Positions 60,823-64,000 of a DNA stretch of 64,000 nucleotides are shown here, one piece after another (position 1 is the first letter of the stretch; each line of letters starts with the position of its first letter). This DNA is from Chrysomallon squamiferum (Eukaryota; Animalia; Mollusca): the NCBI GenBank assembly GCA_012295275.1, contig CM022671.1, positions 19,840,001 through 19,904,000 on the forward strand, written 5' to 3'. The notes beneath the pieces were generated by a model. The model did not search any database. It had not been told where the DNA came from and was given only the letters and a program-made list of their open reading frames with translations. The position numbers and the translations under genes were made by a program.

Positions 60823-60960
60823 ACAGGGTCATTAGAAAGTCCCACTATACTTTTAAATTTTAATGAAATGGAAATGTCTCGACAGATTTGAACAAAATTA
60901 GTCATGAACTTTCTATAGACTGCTAGAATTTGTCACATTTGTGTAATATCTCTAAATATT
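60823..60960. mobile_element. Possible Tc1/mariner-type terminal fragment
   Basis: Begins TA|CAGGGTCATTAGAAAGTCCC. No partner TIR or ORF was seen. Confidence 0.3.
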
Positions 60961-61002
60961 TCAATAAAATATTATAAACAGTTTGTACATGATGACAAGT
61001 AT

Positions 61003-61036
<34 letters not shown>

Positions 61037-61414
61037 GCACGCACACGCACACACATATATTCGGATTTATAACCACAGAAGTGTTAGCTCTGGAAAGTAT
61101 CAAAGTTAGGAAGCTTTAAACTACTGAAAGATGATGTAAATTTTAAAATCCTGCAATTTAATAACTATAGAATACAAACCTGAGCAAAGCACCAAGTTCT
61201 GATGCCATTTGCTGATGTTTTTCTGCATACACATTTGTTGTAATATCCTGTTGTAATATCCAGAAATATAAAATAAAATACATATATATCCATGTATCTA
61301 TATCTACATCTCTCTCTCTCTCTATATGTGTGTGTGTGTGTATGTGTGTGTGTGTGTGTGAGTGTGTGTGTGTGTGTGTGTATATGTATATATATATATA
61401 TATATATACACATA

Positions 61415-62102
61415 CAGTGGTACCTTGACTTATGAGTTTAATTCGTTCCATTCCCAACCGAAGTTAACTGAAATACCATTAATCCATTCCAGCCCCCAAA
61501 ACCCCCCATTTTTTGTAATGTGTTTTTAAATAAGGAAAATGTATTTATAAATGACAAATATTGAACAAAAACAAAATAAAAGAGAATGTAAAGAAATAAA
61601 CTGGTTTTGTAAAGTGTATTTATCTTGGAGGTCAGACGAATTATTTTAACTCATTTGGCTAGACTTACAGCCTTTATTGACTCCTGCTTCAGTATGGTAC
61701 TATGCACATACTGTCTAGCTAAGTTAACAACATGCACACCTCCTCTTTCATGTTTTTCTATGATTTCAAGCTTTAATTCAATAGACATCATCCTCTTCTT
61801 CTTCTCAGCACTGCTCTTTGCATTCATTTTATTATGATCCATGGTCAGAAAAAAGAAATTTAGCAAAATACTTCACAAAATGTGAAATAACACAACAGAG
61901 ATGCTTCCGTGGTGAGGTAACCATGTGGACTAAACGAGTGAGATATGGGATGCTGGCCAGATGTTCTGTTGTTCACTGCAGCAACTAGTGGTGACATATC
62001 TAAAGATTGCTCATAACTTGATTTTGGCTCACAACTCAAAGCAAACAATCAACCAAACTACTGCTCATAACTCGAAAAACTTGTAAGTGAAGGTATCACT
62101 AG
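61415..62102 (-). mobile_element. Tigger/pogo-family DNA transposon, internally deleted
   Basis: Left end TA|CAGTGGTACCTTGACTTATGAG and imperfect inverted right end CTTGTAAGTGAAGGTATCACT. ORF 61651..61866 (KKKRMMSIELKLEIIEKHERG..LARQY..STILK) is a CENP-B/psq-type N-terminal HTH. No DDE domain. Confidence 0.85.
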
Positions 62103-62149
<47 letters not shown>

Positions 62150-64000
62150 CACATAATTTTTTTAATTATTTTTGCATCCAAAAATTACAAAATATTATTC
62201 AGACAGAATTTGTTGCAGATAATTTTCTAACCATCTGTTATAAATTACAAAAATGTGATCTTAAACAATTTCCCCAGCATATATGAATTTTGGTATAATT
62301 ATATGGAAGTTCTCATTACAACTACCATCTTTTGAATTATAGTCATTATTCCAGAACAACTTAAAAATCAGATCTTTTAAAATTGAATTATATTTTCAAG
62401 ATACAGTAATTAGAAAGAGAAGGAATGTTAATTAAAATATTCCTGTCTTAAAAAGAGAAAGCAATAAACCTGACCTCTTGTAACCTCTTTATGGCACATT
62501 TAGTATTTCTCAGAACTCCAAAATAAACTTTTCCAAAAGCTCCTTCGCCAAGCTTCCGGGTAACATCAAAGTTATTAGTAGCCTCAGATAATTCTCTAAA
62601 GGAAAACACTGGGGTTCCAACAGTAACAGCAATGACGTTCTTGTTGTAAGCTGTTAATGGCTTCATGCTGCTGACTTCTTTAAGATTGCCTGAATCTGGA
62701 GCAGAAGTTAAACTCTGAATATTTCTCTGATAGGAACTGGTAGAAGTTGATGTTTCAAATGAATTTACAGGCTTGCCTGATGACATTTGAAAACTCTTGC
62801 TACTGGGCACAGAAATATTGTCTGAGAAGGAACCAGCTTTGTCTGAAGATGATGATGAAGAATTGCTTGGAAGTTGTTCTGAATCCTCTTGAGGCTCTCT
62901 CTTCTTATCACTAATGCTGTCATTTGGCTGGAATCCTGGAATAACTTTGTCATGCAGCTGTTTCTGACCATCTGCTGTCTGTGTGTATATTTTGGCTGGC
63001 TTTGTCTTTGGATTATTGAAGTTCACATCGTTTGATCTTTTTGTCAAAGGTGGTCCAGGAAGACCTGAAAAATATTCACACACATTTTGAACATTAACTG
63101 TCCTATAATACTAACATAATGCTAAATAGCAAGAGGACTGATTTTGTAAGTCATTAAATTAAGTTCTGAAAATCATGATTAACTAATATAAAAAATATCA
63201 CATAGTACCAGCAAGTCATCTAACCTTTTATTCAGAATGCCCCAGGACAAATCTTTAATACTGTACAGGATATATTGATATAGACAATTTTTAAAATATA
63301 AATATTAAATTAAATATTACTTCACACACTCAGTGAAAAAAAATCAACTATTCCACATTTAGGCCTTTTGATATTTGTGAGCTGTTGACCTTTACTCAAA
63401 AATACAGAATTTGGTTACTGAATGAAGAATTCTTGCTGGAAAATCTACAATCAAATTAATTCATAAAAATAAACATAAAAAATCTGCAATCCAATCATTA
63501 ACATATTTTGTCAAACAATGTCACTCTAATTAAAAAAGAAGTGTTTTAAAACCTGTCATTTTCATGTCCTGTGGAAAGTTCTCTCTGGATGTCGTGGAAA
63601 ACAGTGATTTTTCTTCTTTTTCTGAATTTGGAATTTTAATTTCTTTGGTGTTTTTAACTGAAAGAATCAAAATCAAAGAATAATAATAATTTTCATCAAA
63701 ACAAGACTAATATCTCTTTTTTTTTCTTTTTCTTATAACAATATATAAACACAGTTCCAATTTTTATAATAAAATTTGATAGCATATAAAATAAGACCTG
63801 TGGAAAAAACAGACAAACAAAATCAATTGAATTATTTCATTTACATCATTAAAGTTAAGTGTATTTTCATATCGTTATCATTATTAGAAAAAATGATAAC
63901 CAAGACAGCATATATAATTATGATTTGATATTCAATAATTGTGCTGAGACACAACAGCTTGTTGTTTTAATCATCTTGTAAACATTTATCAAACATATTT

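Larger units (their letters stand above)
58325..63657 (-). pseudogene. Pelle/IRAK-family Ser/Thr kinase (non-RD), kinase domain and linker; nonsense plus frameshift; 5' end outside the window
   Basis: Exons 63657-63553, 63064-62475 (FSFRELSEATNNF..LGEGAFGKVY..AIK), 61247-61180, 60753-60639 (CLVYQYMGNGSLEDRL, Tyr gatekeeper), 60101-59983 (IHGDIKS), 59571-59358 (ANILLD..KIGDLG..APE..KSDVYAF*V), 59045-58980, 58532-58325. TGA replaces Gly at 59361-59363. The last exon starts out of frame. Confidence 0.9.

Noticed and set aside
51558-61457. Cys-, His- or Thr-rich ORFs (MCVCVC, CCCCC, HTHTH) as metal-binding peptides
   Set aside because: They are translations of intronic microsatellites.

Overview
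AT-rich, intron-rich animal genomic DNA (probably a mollusc/gastropod, a weak inference from repeat types) with two 200-N scaffold gaps. I spliced the exons by eye. The window holds five conserved genes: USP4/11/15-family deubiquitinase (-), RNF123/KPC1 (-, three partial copies), DLD (-), EEA1 (+) and a Pelle/IRAK kinase (-). All keep their introns, yet every copy long enough to judge has frameshifts, nonsense codons, broken splice sites or exon-cutting deletions. The window therefore reads as a recently duplicated, decaying and rearranged chromosomal segment. Rearrangements include a frame-compatible DLD-RNF123 fusion and a 12-kb RNF123 block nested antisense in an EEA1 intron between 1.35-kb direct repeats. 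The remnants also preserve notable parent-gene features: an apparently mutually exclusive exon pair in USP15, a U12 AT-AC intron in RNF123 and two tandem N-terminal C2H2 fingers in EEA1. No prokaryote-type systems, CRISPR arrays or RNA genes were seen. All homology calls come from remembered family motifs, not database searches.
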